Shown: one piece after another, positions 49,400 to 62,991 of the stretch
How the letters are laid out: each line of letters opens with the position of its first letter
Position numbering within the stretch: position 1 is the first letter of the stretch
Source of the DNA: Trichosphaerium sp. ATCC 40318
Taxonomy: Eukaryota > Protista > Tubulinea
Direction of reading: 5' to 3'
Assembly (NCBI GenBank): GCA_038496445.1
Contig: JALMLS010000320.1
Location: 1 to 64,000, forward strand
DNA: 64,000 bases
Translations under genes and position numbers: made by a program
The notes under the pieces: generated by a model
The model's input: only the letters and a program-made list of their open reading frames with translations
Told to the model about the DNA's origin: nothing
Database searches by the model: none

Positions 49400-52125
49400 T
49401 TCAACAATGTAAGAATAAAATGTAACTCTATAAAATAAAAAAATAAAAAACTACACGTACGCATGTACTTGTTGCTCTCTTCAGGCATAGCCACCAATGG
49501 TTTATGTTCGGGAGAGTACTTAAGCTTAAGTTCCGGTCTATAATGCAGTATAGTACTTGATAAGGTTTCAATATCCCCTCTCCACCAATAAGGAATCGGA
49601 ACCAGTGTTATACCTTTTAAATAAAAAATGAATTAAAAAAAAATCCACAAAATTCCACAAGAAGCTAGAACTAACCTGTTTGTTTACAAATTCTTGCTTT
49701 TTCTAAGTCTCTAGCTTCTGTGATATTTGAGGGTAGGTTATAAACCATAAAGTCATGGTAATGCTGTTCACCTATGTTATGTATTAACAATGGCTACTGG
49801 TTGACAACTGTGGGTAAGCCTAAACCTGTACCTTGATACTCTAACGCAATGTTTAAATCAGGTATAAAAACATCAACAACCATCTGAACATCACTGTTCA
49901 TCAAATCAATGCAATGTTCTTCCATCACTAAATAACCAGGGAATAAATGCTTTGCAGCACTTAAAATAATGCTAGGATGATACTTAAAGGAAATAACACA
50001 AAATAAACACGTCACGAATCACGTGATATGAAAACAAATATGTTAATTTCGTACGCTTGTTGTGACTTTTTCACATGTCTGAAGTTTGACCAGTCCCATG
50101 ATACTTCAGGGTATACATGCTTTAATACTGCTGGAAAGTATGATACAATACCGCCTCCGCCGAATCTTCTCAGTTGTAATGAAGATACACGATACCAAGC
50201 ATCGGTATCATCTAGTTTTAGTTCACTAGCAACGTGCTTTATATAGTTTGATACATTAAGAATATCGTGCCAATGCTTATTACCAACACGCCTAAGTTTA
50301 TTGTTATGCCCAGCGTTAACACTGAATTTTGGTGTACGTGAAGTTCCAGTCCACCCACTTTTTAGATGGGTAAACGCTCTTCAGAGCTTTTGGTAAAGAG
50401 TTGTATCTTTAGGAAAGATGTTAGTAATAGTAAAAACTATGCAGAGCAAGTATATCAACAACTTACTGGTCTACTACTCCTGAAGCAAATTTGTTCACTT
50501 TACTGGCTTCTACAGCATACCAAGCATCTAGAGTCTTAATACCAAGCCTCTTTGCAACATCATCAAGCCGCTTTTTCTGATTATCTAAACTCAACCAATA
50601 ACCAGTCTGTGCTCTCCTACACAAAAAAAAGTAAACACTTACTTTAGGCCACATGTATTGTACTTAAACTTCCACTTTTCCCATTCATATTCAGGAAAAA
50701 TACCTTGTAGTGTATCCATATATGAGTTGTTGTAGTATCTAGTAACAGCTTAGAAAAACGAATAAAAAACGGATCATAAAGAAAAAACCCTTACTGAAAT
50801 ACTATATGTCTTTCTGAGCGTTGTAATCGAGATTTAGTCGCTGGATTACACCAATCCTCAAGTATTTTAATGCCCATACGCTCAGCTGCATTTTCGAAAG
50901 TTTTACGCCTGTTGTTAGGGCATCTATAGTAATGTCTTGGCGTTACACTATAGGCTAATGTTATTACTCAACATCAACAACTAAAAATGCGCTCAAGCTT
51001 TACGTACTGGAACTTTGTTTCTATCCAGTTGTATTGTGGATATATATTCATGAGAATTTGTGAAAGCGAATCATCGTATCTATATAACACGTTTTAGTAC
51101 AGCAATGTAAAATCAAAGATCATCTAAACACCAAAAAAAGGTCATTCATACTGATTGCACAATCCTGCTCCACCACGTCTTAGTACCATATCATAACGCA
51201 TAGCATACCAACCATCAAATGTCTTAATGCCAAGAGACTTTGAAACAGTCTCCATGAAATGAACCTTGTTCTCATAACTATGCCAATAGCCTTGTGATTG
51301 CTTCCTATAAAAACGATTAATTCAACACTACGGCACGTACTTATCACGTGCTTACCTGAATTCGATTTCAGAAAATGTGAATGTCGGGTAGGTAGTTCTC
51401 AAAGCTTTGTACAATGAATTATCATAGCTGTCATAGTCAGTAAAGCTTAGTGAAGAGAAAGGCCAAAACAGAAAATCGTACTAGTGAAGCATGCTACGTC
51501 CTTTCGTTGCAATAACATCCTTCAGCTGTATTTGATGCCATTCATCAAGTGTCTTGACACGATACTTTATAGCTATTTGCTCAAGCTTATGTACCCTGTT
51601 CTTTACATTGCTCCAGAAGTGATTGCTGGCCTTTCTTTGCAAAGTTAGTCACATAGCAAAAAAAATTTTCTCAGAAAAAGAAAAACGTACTGGAACTTGT
51701 AAGGATCAATATTATGCGTTGGTAGAGTGGATACAAGTAGATTAGTCTTACTGCTGTTGTATCTAGTACAGTAACATTAAAAAGAGGCGACTAAACACGA
51801 GAATTTTGAGACTTACTTTTTTAAAAGTCCTGCGCCGTTAAGACTAATGATATCTTCGCTTGTTATTCGATACCAATCGGGTACAGTGTGAATACGAAGC
51901 TGTGGAGCAATGAACTGTGTCATGTACACCTGTTGATTATTTTCGTTCCACTCCATTGGTTCTCTCGGTCGATCTAGCGTGTAAAATCGCTTTTCCGTGC
52001 GCGAACGGCCTTGTACAACGTTAATTTAATAAAAGTGCATATTTTCGAAAATAAGTACCGTTTATGTCTGTACTACGCGTGTGGCATGACCTACAAAACA
52101 CCCATTGTATTTGTTTGGCATGCAT
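49400..52125 (-). CDS. Putative mitochondrial protein with six ~70-aa tandem repeats and C-terminal PD-(D/E)XK (RAP/DUF559-like) nuclease domain
   Basis: Repeat consensus (F/Y)W...N......LGIK.LD.WY......GG.GL...Y..SL..L...YP...W...F. Nuclease VDVFIPDLNIALEYQG/EQHY...RDLEK...GITLVPIPYWW. N-terminus contains KRFY|T. Confidence 0.8.
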
Positions 52126-52429
52126 TGTTAAATGTCACTACAATCTATCTAACGCTCATGACAGTACTGTTGAACAGCCCATTATGTACTTGTTTATGAT
52201 ATACCAGGCCAGATAAGCCGCTCCCAGTACCGGTAAAACGCTTCAAGATGCACTTAAAGTAACAAAGCTAAGTCATCGCAAAACCTTCATTGCAAGGTAG
52301 TACCTCAAATTTCTTATGTCGTCATCAGCGCAACAAAACTAATGCTCTTGATTATGTACAAGCGTCAGGGTTTACTTACCCGACATTGGTTTTTATTTAC
52401 AATTTCTTTTTCTCTGTTTTTTTGTTTTT

Positions 52430-52897
52430 TCAGAAAAACTGTGTTGGTTCGTTTGACTTTTGATACGCCTCACCAGCAATGAAAAAAGTTCCTGTGCCTT
52501 GTATTTTTCCTTTTCTGTATGCACCAACATACTTTTGACCATTTGGCCACGTGATAGTCACATGACCATGCATTAACCCACGTTTGAACCAACCAACTGT
52601 TTTGGTTCCATCAGCAGAAGTCATGACACCATATCCGTGCTTTTTACCTTTCCTGTATCCTCCAACATATGTAGCACCATCCATTGAGGTGTAGACGCCA
52701 GTTCCATGCATCTTGTTATTCTTAAAGTCTCCATCGTAAGAGGAACCATCCTTGAAACTGTATTTTCCTTTCCCTTTCATTACGTCTCTGTGTACTTCAC
52801 CGTAGTAAGTTCCTTTCGAGAACTGTAACGTTTTTTGCTTTGGTTTGGATGTAATGCCTATCTTACGTAAGATAGGGATTGTGTAAACTGCTTTCAT
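52430..52897 (-). CDS. MORN repeat protein
   Basis: Intronless ORF with repeated Y.G.F...K.HG.G motifs. Confidence 0.9.
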   Translation of the reverse strand: MKAVYTIPILRKIGITSKPKQKTLQFSKGTYYGEVHRDVMKGKGKYSFKDGSSYDGDFKNNKMHGTGVYTSMDGATYVGGYRKGKKHGYGVMTSADGTKTVGWFKRGLMHGHVTITWPNGQKYVGAYRKGKIQGTGTFFIAGEAYQKSNEPTQFF

Positions 52898-53279
52898 GTT
52901 GCTCTGAGGTTTATGCTAATAAATTATGGACTTGTTATCAAAGAAAATAAAACGAAGTACCTCAATTCAACGAAGTAAACCAATTCAGGCACGAAATATC
53001 CTTCAAAGAATATACCCTGAAACCGCTAACCTTTTATTCTCTGGGTGCTCGTTTAACCCCGAGCAACGGTGTCTACCTACTTACTAGTAAAGAACTACTA
53101 CCCAAAGTCTGGCCCGACAATTAATATATATGCTTGTTGCTCAACTACACTGCATCTGCGTACTAGTTAAACCTTTTATAAGTGTGCCTGGTTTCTTAAG
53201 CCACCTGCAAAGTATTTCGTCTAAAACACGTGCAGGAAATCAACATTTACGAGAAAAATAACCATAAAGTGCGTTCAGC

Positions 53280-54271
53280 ATGTCAAACCGAAATAGCTTG
53301 CGCGATTTTTTCTGCAGAAATCCAAAGAAACGCAACACCACAAACAAGAGGTACCTTTCTCACCTACTGTGCTATTCTAACATGGCTACAGAACAAGGAA
53401 GCGTAAATATACTAAAACTAGTGTAAGCTCAAAAACAAGGCTTCCTCAGTTACCACTAGAGGTTTGGACGCTCATCGCAGAACAAATGGATATTTTTACT
53501 CTAGCACGTGGATTCTGGAAAGTATGCAAAGATTTCAACAATGCTCTCAAAGGTGATCTATTCTGGGAGAAAAAGTTAGAGGAAGCACTTAATGAGTCAC
53601 CCCTCAACGCGATAATACAAGAACACGACTTGGACTTTAAAAAAATACATACTTTATGGCGTTGCTTCTACATCTACAAGTACGTGTCACACTTAAATAC
53701 TTACCCTCGTCTGAGGTATTTACTACATACAAAAGTACTACTTGTGTACAGACAGCCATGGCGTAAAAACCTTCAGCTTCGTACTGTTTATATTCTATAG
53801 ATATTGTTGCATTTGTAACAAAGTGCTAACTGCTGATGACCAAGAACATTACAATGACGAAGATATGCAACCTTTCTGTGTCCCAACATGTTGTCGTGGA
53901 TTTGTCTGTTTTAATTGTTTTGAAGAAGACCCTGAGTGCTCAGATGCCAATTGTCACTCTAAAGACTGCCAGGATTGTAAGGTTTTTTTTTCAATCAATC
54001 GTGACTTACGTGGATAGGTGAAACACCAAGAATTTGCAGCTACTGTGACATATCATCGAGTTTTGGGTGTGGTCTAACAATGTGCAATAACTGCGATAGA
54101 AGTTACTGTGATGAATACCATTGTAGACGACAACTTTCCAAACGGGCTTGTGATGGATGTTCACGTGAAGCATCCGAAAAAGTGGAAGCATTAGAAAAAC
54201 AAGTTAAAGAATTACAAGAAATACTGAAACAGGTAACAGAATCTTGTACTTGCACTTCAAAAACAGAGTAG
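53280..54271 (+). CDS. F-box protein with Cys-rich (zinc-binding) C-terminal region and coiled coil
   Basis: LPQLPLEVWTLIAEQMDIFTLARGFWKVCKDF (F-box) followed by multiple CxxC pairs. Confidence 0.75.
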
Positions 54272-56088
54272 CTTGATAATAAACTAGAAAAAATAACATT
54301 AACCGACCTGAGTATACGAAGATGTTAACCACAGCGCTCAGCTTGTTGAGCCCTAACAAGATAATTCCTGGCTTGAGTTACTATTAGTGCTAGTCTGTCC
54401 ATTACACAACTGTTTAACACAACTGTTGGTACATTTTCTGGTGACAAGTTTATTAAAATATTTTTGTAGAGATACTCTCTTCAATTTGTACACTTAAGAA
54501 ACTCATGAACTACAAGAACAAAAAGTTTAGGAGCAGGATAACACACCGGAAGGAAATCTCATGTATTTCGTTCCATCAAGGGAGCTAATCTTGTGGTGTG
54601 AAGTTTCTAAGCCTTCTGCAATTGACTACCCGAGTGTCCATACCGAGCGGCTGTCATAGGCTGGTGAACTATACAGTACACGACCCCTACTACACAGAAT
54701 AGAGATGGTTTGTCAAGCCACTTTTTCGTATTACACAACAACAGCCGGTTTCGATTTGACGTTTTCGATCAACTGTGTTTTCAAGATGTAAACTATCTAT
54801 CCTCTGATGTAAGTCACAACCAAAATCAAGTTTATAAACTGACAATCCTTGCTTGGAAAAAAATTATGGGTAATGCAAAACACCCCGTACTGCCTTCTAT
54901 GAGACCTCAGAGAAGCATCAGTAGGTTTTTTTCAAAAAGTGTCGTTTCACAATCAATCATCGAAATCAAAAATTGCGTTACAATGGTTTCAATTGCCTTA
55001 AGTCTTTATGTATGTTATAATGGAGACTTGTAAGAGTATAATCGAGTTGTTTATTGTTTACAAAGGGCACTTACAAAAGGCCTAAATACAAGATATATGT
55101 CGTGGTAATAGTTCATTCAAATAACTGGAATCTGTGACTTAACCAGTTTGACATCGAATATAACAATGTAGTATCGTTTTTAAAGTTTGCAACTAAATGC
55201 CAGCATTCACGAAAAATTGGCTCCAGAATTTTATCTTACTTTTCAAAATCAACAACGACTTAATCTATGACTTAAATAAAACAGGCTTCTACGGCTTGCT
55301 ACGCTCACTTCAACAATACAATGGCCTACAGTCTGCGATTTAAGAGCTTTTTGGCGGTTTTATGATACTTGATATTGATCACACGCTGAGAGATGGTGCG
55401 CGTTTAAACAGGCGCACTAGGTCAACCTAGTAGTTTAGCGAGCATGTATAGCTAGAAATCGCTAAGAGACAGTCGTATTCTGACCTTCCTAGAATAAGAA
55501 ATTCAGCACAAACAACCTCAGTCTACGGATGAAAAGATAAAGGAACCGATGTTCCTCGATGTCTGCTTCCAAACGGAATCGAAAGCGGTTTTACCTATTT
55601 CTACGCATGAGTGCTATTTTGATAGGCATTCGAGTGCCTACTAGTATTGTACGGAACCAAAAAACAATTTGTATTGCGCAATGGTAGTAAGCTACCTCTA
55701 CTACAATAATAACCGACCCTGCCGTCTATCCTTATCAGCGTATTCGACTGTGAAATACTAGGATCTTTTTATCAAACTTTTGGTGATGCTTGAGATTGAA
55801 ATGCTGCAACAGAGAGTTTGAAATCAACAAAAGAGGAATTGAACCATAGAGCAACTCGACAAATAGCTTGATTTTCTAGTTACACAAGATTCCAATTTAG
55901 TGGCAGTATCAGGAGGAATCAGAATCTTGGGCTTGATGCACTAGCTAAAAAACTGGCCAAGATGAGTCATTATACATTTGTCTGTGACGTTGAATCCAAA
56001 ATAGCTGTTCCGTTATCACAAATTATACCATTCGATTGGTTTTAAAACGACTATTGTTGACTGCTAACATTAGCTAGCGTACCACGCA

Positions 56089-57723
56089 ATGAGTTGCTTG
56101 AGGCTGCTTGTAGTTACACTACTTTTCTCGCTTACTATTCAACGTAATGTATATCAACAGCCGTTCGTACGGTATTCGATATGGAATCTTCCAATTGGTG
56201 AAGGTGCCATCGCTTTGTTTGCTTTATCGCTGTAATCTCACGTTACCAAAGACGCAACGTATGTACCTGGTAATATAACGCGTGCTTTGAAGTGGGGCAT
56301 GACAACCGATAAAAACATCATTATTTTAAAGCCGAACGCACCTCTTACAAATATCTACTACAACCCCGGTTCGGAATAAACGCTAGTTTGGTTTTTTTTC
56401 CCCAAGCGCTCATGACATTCAAACTAGCGGGTTGGGATAGAAACGAGTCTAGGTGTGAGCCTAAAGGTGATTTAATGTACACTGTACCTATACCAAGTGA
56501 TTTTGTTGTACCTGATCCTCTACCTTCAACACCCAACGGTGCAGGTACGCAAAACACGTGCTAATACTAGATTGACACGACATACTTTGTCTCATTCTCA
56601 GTTTTTTCATGAAGTTGCTATCCTCTTAAGAGATAATAAAACAATTATTCAAACGCAACCACTCGCGAGATGCGTTGCATCAAAACCAGCAACATCAAAG
56701 GCAACATCAAAAAAAAAAAAAACAAACTTAGCTGGTATGATTTAATATTGACTTAGGTACAATACGCTACTGTTGATATATACGAAGAAGGGATTGAAGG
56801 AGCCCATGGCGGATCGGGGCTATCTACAATAGGAGGTAGCTCAAATAGCACATATACGTTCATGCTTTTCTGTGCTAAAAAAAAAACAAGGAACAATTCG
56901 CCTCGGAGAACTATCTCCAAACAACACAGAAGGTATCCGACATGCGCTGAAAATAAGCCTGTATAGTGAACAGAACACTTACAGTGGAGGAGAAAAATCA
57001 ACTAGCTTCCGTTGGTATGCACGTGTAATCTACAAAAGAAGACATTTTAGAAAGTCAAAATATAACTATGTTTGCTAGGCCTGCTATTAAATCAGACGGC
57101 TGTGCTCCAGGGTGTTACACTGGAAAAGTTCCAGCACTAAAGTAAGATGTGTTTACAGTTAGGTGTGATAATGTTATTCTTACACATAAATAGAATGGGA
57201 GCACTTATGGCCTTGCCACCTAGTATTGATATAACCAAACTAGGTCTTGAGACTGAACCATCTAAAATGCTTGCATGGACTTTCCAAAACTATGGCGGTT
57301 ACCTCGTTGATTCTACAGGTACAACAAGTATGGTTTGAATGTTGGCAACAACTAAGTGCAATCAATACACAGGCTGGATGGTATACTGTCTTGATACAGA
57401 AGTATCACCAGACGGAAGGGTTGCAGACGAATTTGAAAAATCATGGGGATTCCCTATTACACCAAGATCAAGGGACAATCCGTGGTCTAGAGGTACCTAA
57501 AAGAAGATGGATGCGGGGTAACACCTATTGATAGACATGGATCGCATTTATATGAACCTGCACGTTGTTGATTCGTGGAATAAGGACCTGTATGATAAAG
57601 TGAAGCAATCTAATGGTGCTATGGGCGCTGGTACGCCTTTTTTTATATAAATAAAACAAATAACGACCGTATTTAGGTGGCGGGAAACCTAGAGTTCCTT
57701 GGGCAGACTCTCTAAACCAATGA
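56089..57723 (+). CDS. Secreted protein of an uncharacterised bacterial-type family (multi-exon)
   Basis: Signal peptide, QPF...SIWNLPIG, GAHGGSGLSTIGG/TIRLGEL...IRHALK, FRW/PA, MGALMALPP...LETEP...QNYGGYLVD and a terminal GGG.PR. About 8 spliceosomal introns. Confidence 0.75.
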
Positions 57724-58319
57724 AGTAAAATAAACACTTTTTTTGGACAACTGGCTTGCCATCCATTTACGTAAAACGAAAGCAACGGCATTTGGTAACA
57801 TGCGCAAGCGTGATAAGGTAGCGCGTGGTCATGTACCTAGCTATAACCGCGTAGTGCACTAGGTATTGCGTTCCAATAGCCCCCACCACTACTGATTCAC
57901 CATTTGGTTTTATTAGCACTATTTTTTTTGGTGATGCCGTAAAACAGCCGAAAGTATTTCAAGTGCTTATTCATAGCGCTAGAGATACCACAAGTAGTAT
58001 GTTGAATTCCTAAGTTGTCAGAAGGTGACAGAGAACTTTGTAACATGAAAAAAAAAACCATAGGGTGTAAAGTGACAATACAAGTGTATGCGCGCCTATA
58101 CTATGAAGCTAACGGTTCAAAACAGAAAAGGTCACATAAGAGTCAACAGTGTTATCTTGCAGACAGAGGGCTATTGTATACCTTGCCAAAGCATGGCATG
58201 TATTTGCGTGGCATAGAAGTGTATGTTTTTAACGTTTTACAAGATTTGTGCGCAATCCACGAACCAACGTCAAAACATCGTTTATTTGCATTTTTAATTA
58301 CTATACGCGACTTAAAATC

Positions 58320-61300
58320 ATACAGAGCCGTTGGGAGCATATTCCGTTCAAACTTTGAACATCGTAACAGATAAGCGCAATTTAATTATAGTGGCTCCCA
58401 GATGTCTGACAAAAAGCGCTATCAAAAAGTACAAGTTGAAAAAACGTTGGCTGTACGTACTACATTATAAAGCAGTTTACAGAATGAAATTGGTATTTGT
58501 GAGCCAATTCGACGAGTTTGTCGAAGTCCGTGACAGACAAAGGCCACAAGCCAGTTTTTTTTTTTTTTTTGATATTTTTTTTTTGTTTTAAACGCACTAC
58601 CTCGCTACGGGTTTCTTTTGTATTAACTGGCTTCAGGATGTCGTTGATCATTCAACAGCAATTGACCTCAACAGCCGTTACACTAAGCTAAGGAACATTG
58701 CGGTTGGCTCACAAGGTATTATTTTACAACGTTTTATTACAATCCGAAACCATCACGAAAAAAAAAAAACACCAAGGGCTCACCAACCGTTTTTTCTCGA
58801 CTAGTTTGCTCATATTTGTCGACATCATGTGTTCTACAGATAAAAAGAAGATAACAAACTTTTTTCCCTCAAAACCTAGCGAGCTCGCATTGCGTCGTAA
58901 CCCTTGTCATTCGTTTTACCGCCGTCGTACCACCTAATAACTAACTTTTTGACAGGTATAATTGTTTTAGCCAAAGAAATCAACACATACCGCAAAGTGG
59001 CGATTAAGCGCATACCAATGCAGCGCGATCACGAAAGAAGAGTAGTAAATGAAAGGTACGAATACATGAAAACCCGAACGTATTGTTTTCGTAAAGTTGA
59101 AAAATTTAGCTTCCTTTTTACGATTTTGCGTTAAACTTCTTTTATCAAAAAAAAAAACCAGCTACTCACACGTTTTTGTAGTCAGTTAGTTATTGAACTA
59201 GATATTCTAAAGCAATGCGTGTCTTGTCCTTATATTGTAAAATATCAAGACAGTTTTGTTAGTGTAGACGATTATTTGTGTATTGTGTTGGAGTGGATGA
59301 ATATGGTACGAAGTTTTGTAGCCATTTTTTTTTTTGTGATTTTTTTTATTTGTTTCGTTTCGTTTCTATTCGATTGGTATTTTCAAAGACTAACCTGCAA
59401 GTATTTTTACCCGTCATCCATCTCGTAAATTTTGTGATTTACAAAATTTTTTGTTCGAAACGATGTCAGGCATCACCTTTTTTTGGGTTGTGTTTGTTTT
59501 TTTTTTTCTTTTTTTTGTGAATGGCATTTATTTACTCGGCTTTAAGCACTCTCTGGCTAGGGTTTTAAAAGTCAGTAAAGATCTTGACGTTATATTTTCT
59601 CAAGAATCCACTATTGCATATGTTTGTAAATCGGTACGTTACGTTTTACTTTATTGCTTTTTTCAGATTTTGTTAGCACGATTTGACATTTCTCTTTAGT
59701 TGTTGAGCGCACTATCATTTTTACATGATCTGGGGAGAATCCACAGAGATGTAAAGAGTGACAATGTTCTTGTTAACTCACAGGGTCAAGTCAAATTAAG
59801 TATGTTAGAATGGAAATGGAACTTCCTTATTTTCTTCTTATTGCTAATCACTGAATTAGCTGATTTTGGTGGCTCTGCACAGTACACATTGTCGAGACAT
59901 TATCGTGATACTATCACTGGTACACCATACTGGATGGCACCAGAGGTATGTAACAACTAGTTGACTTTATTTCCTCAAATTTTGTTGCAGGTTTTTGCAA
60001 AGCAAAGTTATACGAGAAAAATTGATATTTGGAGTCTTGGTATCACTGCAAAGGAAGTGGCTGAAGGACAGCCTCCTTTTATGCAATATGAGCCACTAAT
60101 TGCGCTTTGTAAAATACAACAAGGTATGGAGAAAAATAGTCTTTAATAAGTTTAATTTAATTAAAACAATATTGTAGAGGGTGTCACGCCACTTGAAGAA
60201 CCGCATCGGTGGTCTGAAGACTTTCAAGATTTTATTCACTCGTGTTTAAACAAAGTACCGGCTGACAGACCTGAAATACCGGAGCTACTGAATGTACGAG
60301 GAGAAAAAACATTTTTTTTGTGACATAGACATTTTCTAATAACTTTTTTTTTAGCATTCATTTATTCAAAAAGCATGTACAGAAGCAGAGTTTGCAAGCT
60401 TATTGCAACCTATAGCTGAAAAAGAAGATATATCACCAAGACCAAATGGCGTAGAGCAAGCTTTGAATTTAGTTAAACGATCTCCTGGAACTGAAAAATC
60501 TAACCGTTCAGATGATCCTCATGCGCGGAAGCGTGTAACACCAATTTACCAACAAAGTACATCCAATGGGTTTAATCCTTCTATACGTTCGTCTCCACTT
60601 CACGAAGAACTTGATGCAGTGATGGAAGAAGATGACATTGCACGGGGGCGAACTCTAGAGCGTAAACAGCAGAACTCCACTGCAAAGAAAAGGGAAGGGC
60701 GTGTACGTGATAAAATGCGCAGGAAAAACCGACCGGCCTTTGTGTCGCCTTTGGGTTCAGTTGCGGAGGAACCAGGTTCAATTGGTAGAATGCCAAGGAG
60801 TCGTTACTCACCCGGGCAGAACAGGCTTGGTGCAATCAGCGAGGGTATAGAGGAAGAGCCTGAAGAGGGTTCAGCAAATGCTATACGGTCACCTGGAGGT
60901 TATGGATCAGGAAGGTCCCGGACTAAAGGTAGACGGCATCGCACACAGCAACCGGATATTGCGCCTGTTCCAGAACACGGAGAGGCTCAAGCAGAAGGCA
61001 AGCGAAGACGCAAAAAACGAAGAAACCCTAAAAAACGCCGCGCAGCTGTTCCTACTTAATACTATTTGTCTATAATCCCCTTATTATCTATACTATATTA
61101 TTTATTTCTTTCTTTTCGCTACTAGTAGCTTTTTGGTTCAAAAAAACCTTCTATGCGCAATGACTTGTTTGTGTTGATGTAGCACAAACTGCCACTCGCT
61201 TTTAGTTTAATTTTACTTGACAGCTGTGTTTGCAACAATTTGTTGTTGAAGAATTTGGGTGACTTTCTGATGAAATATCATAATTTTTACGCGTTTTCTG

Positions 61301-62991
61301 ACAACAAGTGTAGGTGAACACGCACGTCAGGGAGTTTTGGCGCGTTTAAAAAAGAAACGAGCTGCTGATAGCAATGGCAGGAGTAAAGTATCCCCTGCTC
61401 GTCCAGGCAGCAGAGAATACAAAAAAAATAGGACAAGGGAGCCTATACGCGGCCGAGCATCTTCAGAAGGCTCTACTTCAAGAAATGGAGACGATGACAC
61501 GCATTATCAAGCGCCTGAATTTGGCGCGTCAAAGTCTGAAGGAAGCCAATCTCCTGGTGGTACTTTATTTTAAGCATTCTCAAGCTAAATATCATTTAGG
61601 TCTCAGGGGACGGCGAACTGCAATTCAAATTGGCCAAAGGAGGGAGTTGACTAGCGGTCAAGGCGTATGGGAACCAGCTATTGTTTCTCGACAAGAATCA
61701 CCTATGGGATCTCCAAGATCTGGTCAGTCGTCACCTACGCGTGGCGGTTTATTTAAAAGCAAAAGCTTCGATCACTCTAGGAGTACATCCAGGGAACCCA
61801 GAGGGCGTCATGAATTTGAAAGCGTGTTTAGTGATGTTATTCTTTATCAGGTTCGGCAAAAAAACCCTTTGACTTAGCATTAATATCGGTTAGGCTTTCG
61901 CTGATTACTGCAAAAGATCATATTGTGCTGAGAATCTGGCTTTTTTGTTCAGTGCGCGAAAGTTTAGGCGTGAATTTACACCTGAGGCTGATCTTGGTGA
62001 ACTTGTACAGTTTGCTCAACATATTTATGACACGTACGTGTATTTTTTTGGTTGGGCGAAAAGATTTGGGGCGATTTAGCAAGTTTTTAATGTAACGCGT
62101 AGCTATATTGCAGAGGAAGGCATTAATGCTGTGTCTTTACCTGAAGAGTATGATAGTGTACCTGGTACCAGAGAAGTACTTGGAGAACAAATAAGTAATG
62201 GAGAGATTGATCAAATGATGTTTGATGAAATTTGTGAGGTACGGTGTTGCACTAGTTATTGAGTGGAGTTTGGCTGTTTTTGTAGTTAGAAGCCCTGTAC
62301 AAAAATAATTGCAATTCTACAAAAATGTTCTTGCCGCGAAAGTCAGAGTTCTGCATCGTTACTAATTACCCGTGTAGTGTATAGAATCTTTAATGATAAC
62401 TCATTACAACAAGTTCCAAAACTTGCCAAATGAGAAGTCTTCTCGGACACCTACTACGAGTAGCGATAACCTATGGAAACAACTAGACGGTAGTGATCCT
62501 AGATTCACAATAGAGTCTTTTAGAAAGTTTCTAAAGAAAAAGAAGGTCGAACACTATCTAGACTTTCTAGCTAGAGTAGAAAAGTATAAGGATCTATCTC
62601 CTGAAGGAGATGATCTTCTACGTGAAGCAGAAGGTATTTGGGATACCTTCCTTTCTAGAAAAGTTAGAAGACATTTGGAGGTTGATAAACGAACCAAAGA
62701 AGGTCTTGAGAGTAGGATCGTTAGTAAGAAAGCGATGCCTAATCTTTTTAAAGCTGCTGAAGATGAAGTAGTTACACTACTACATCAGCGTCTATTAGCG
62801 TAAGTCATGGTTTTTTTAGCGTGCCTTAAGTTAACTTAATTTACCCTTAAAGACTCGCTTAACTTTGAAGATTTTTTTCTTTTTTGTTGTTGTCCGTGTT
62901 AACGTTTTTCTTTTGGTTTAGATTTAAACACAAGAGTCAGAGGAGTAACTCCAAGAAGCGGAGACACAATTCTGGTTCTGGTGGTAGATAA
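58320..62991 (+). CDS. STE20/PAK-like Ser/Thr kinase, probably continuing into two RGS domains (start codon uncertain)
   Basis: [23 protein letters not shown] and [30 protein letters not shown]1 reads [16 protein letters not shown] and RGS2 reads [16 protein letters not shown]. Confidence 0.8.

Noticed and set aside
53040-53110. Hammerhead-like multi-stem near the MORN promoter
   Set aside because: A small hairpin GCTCG...CGAGC is present, but no CUGANGA/GAAA core on either strand.
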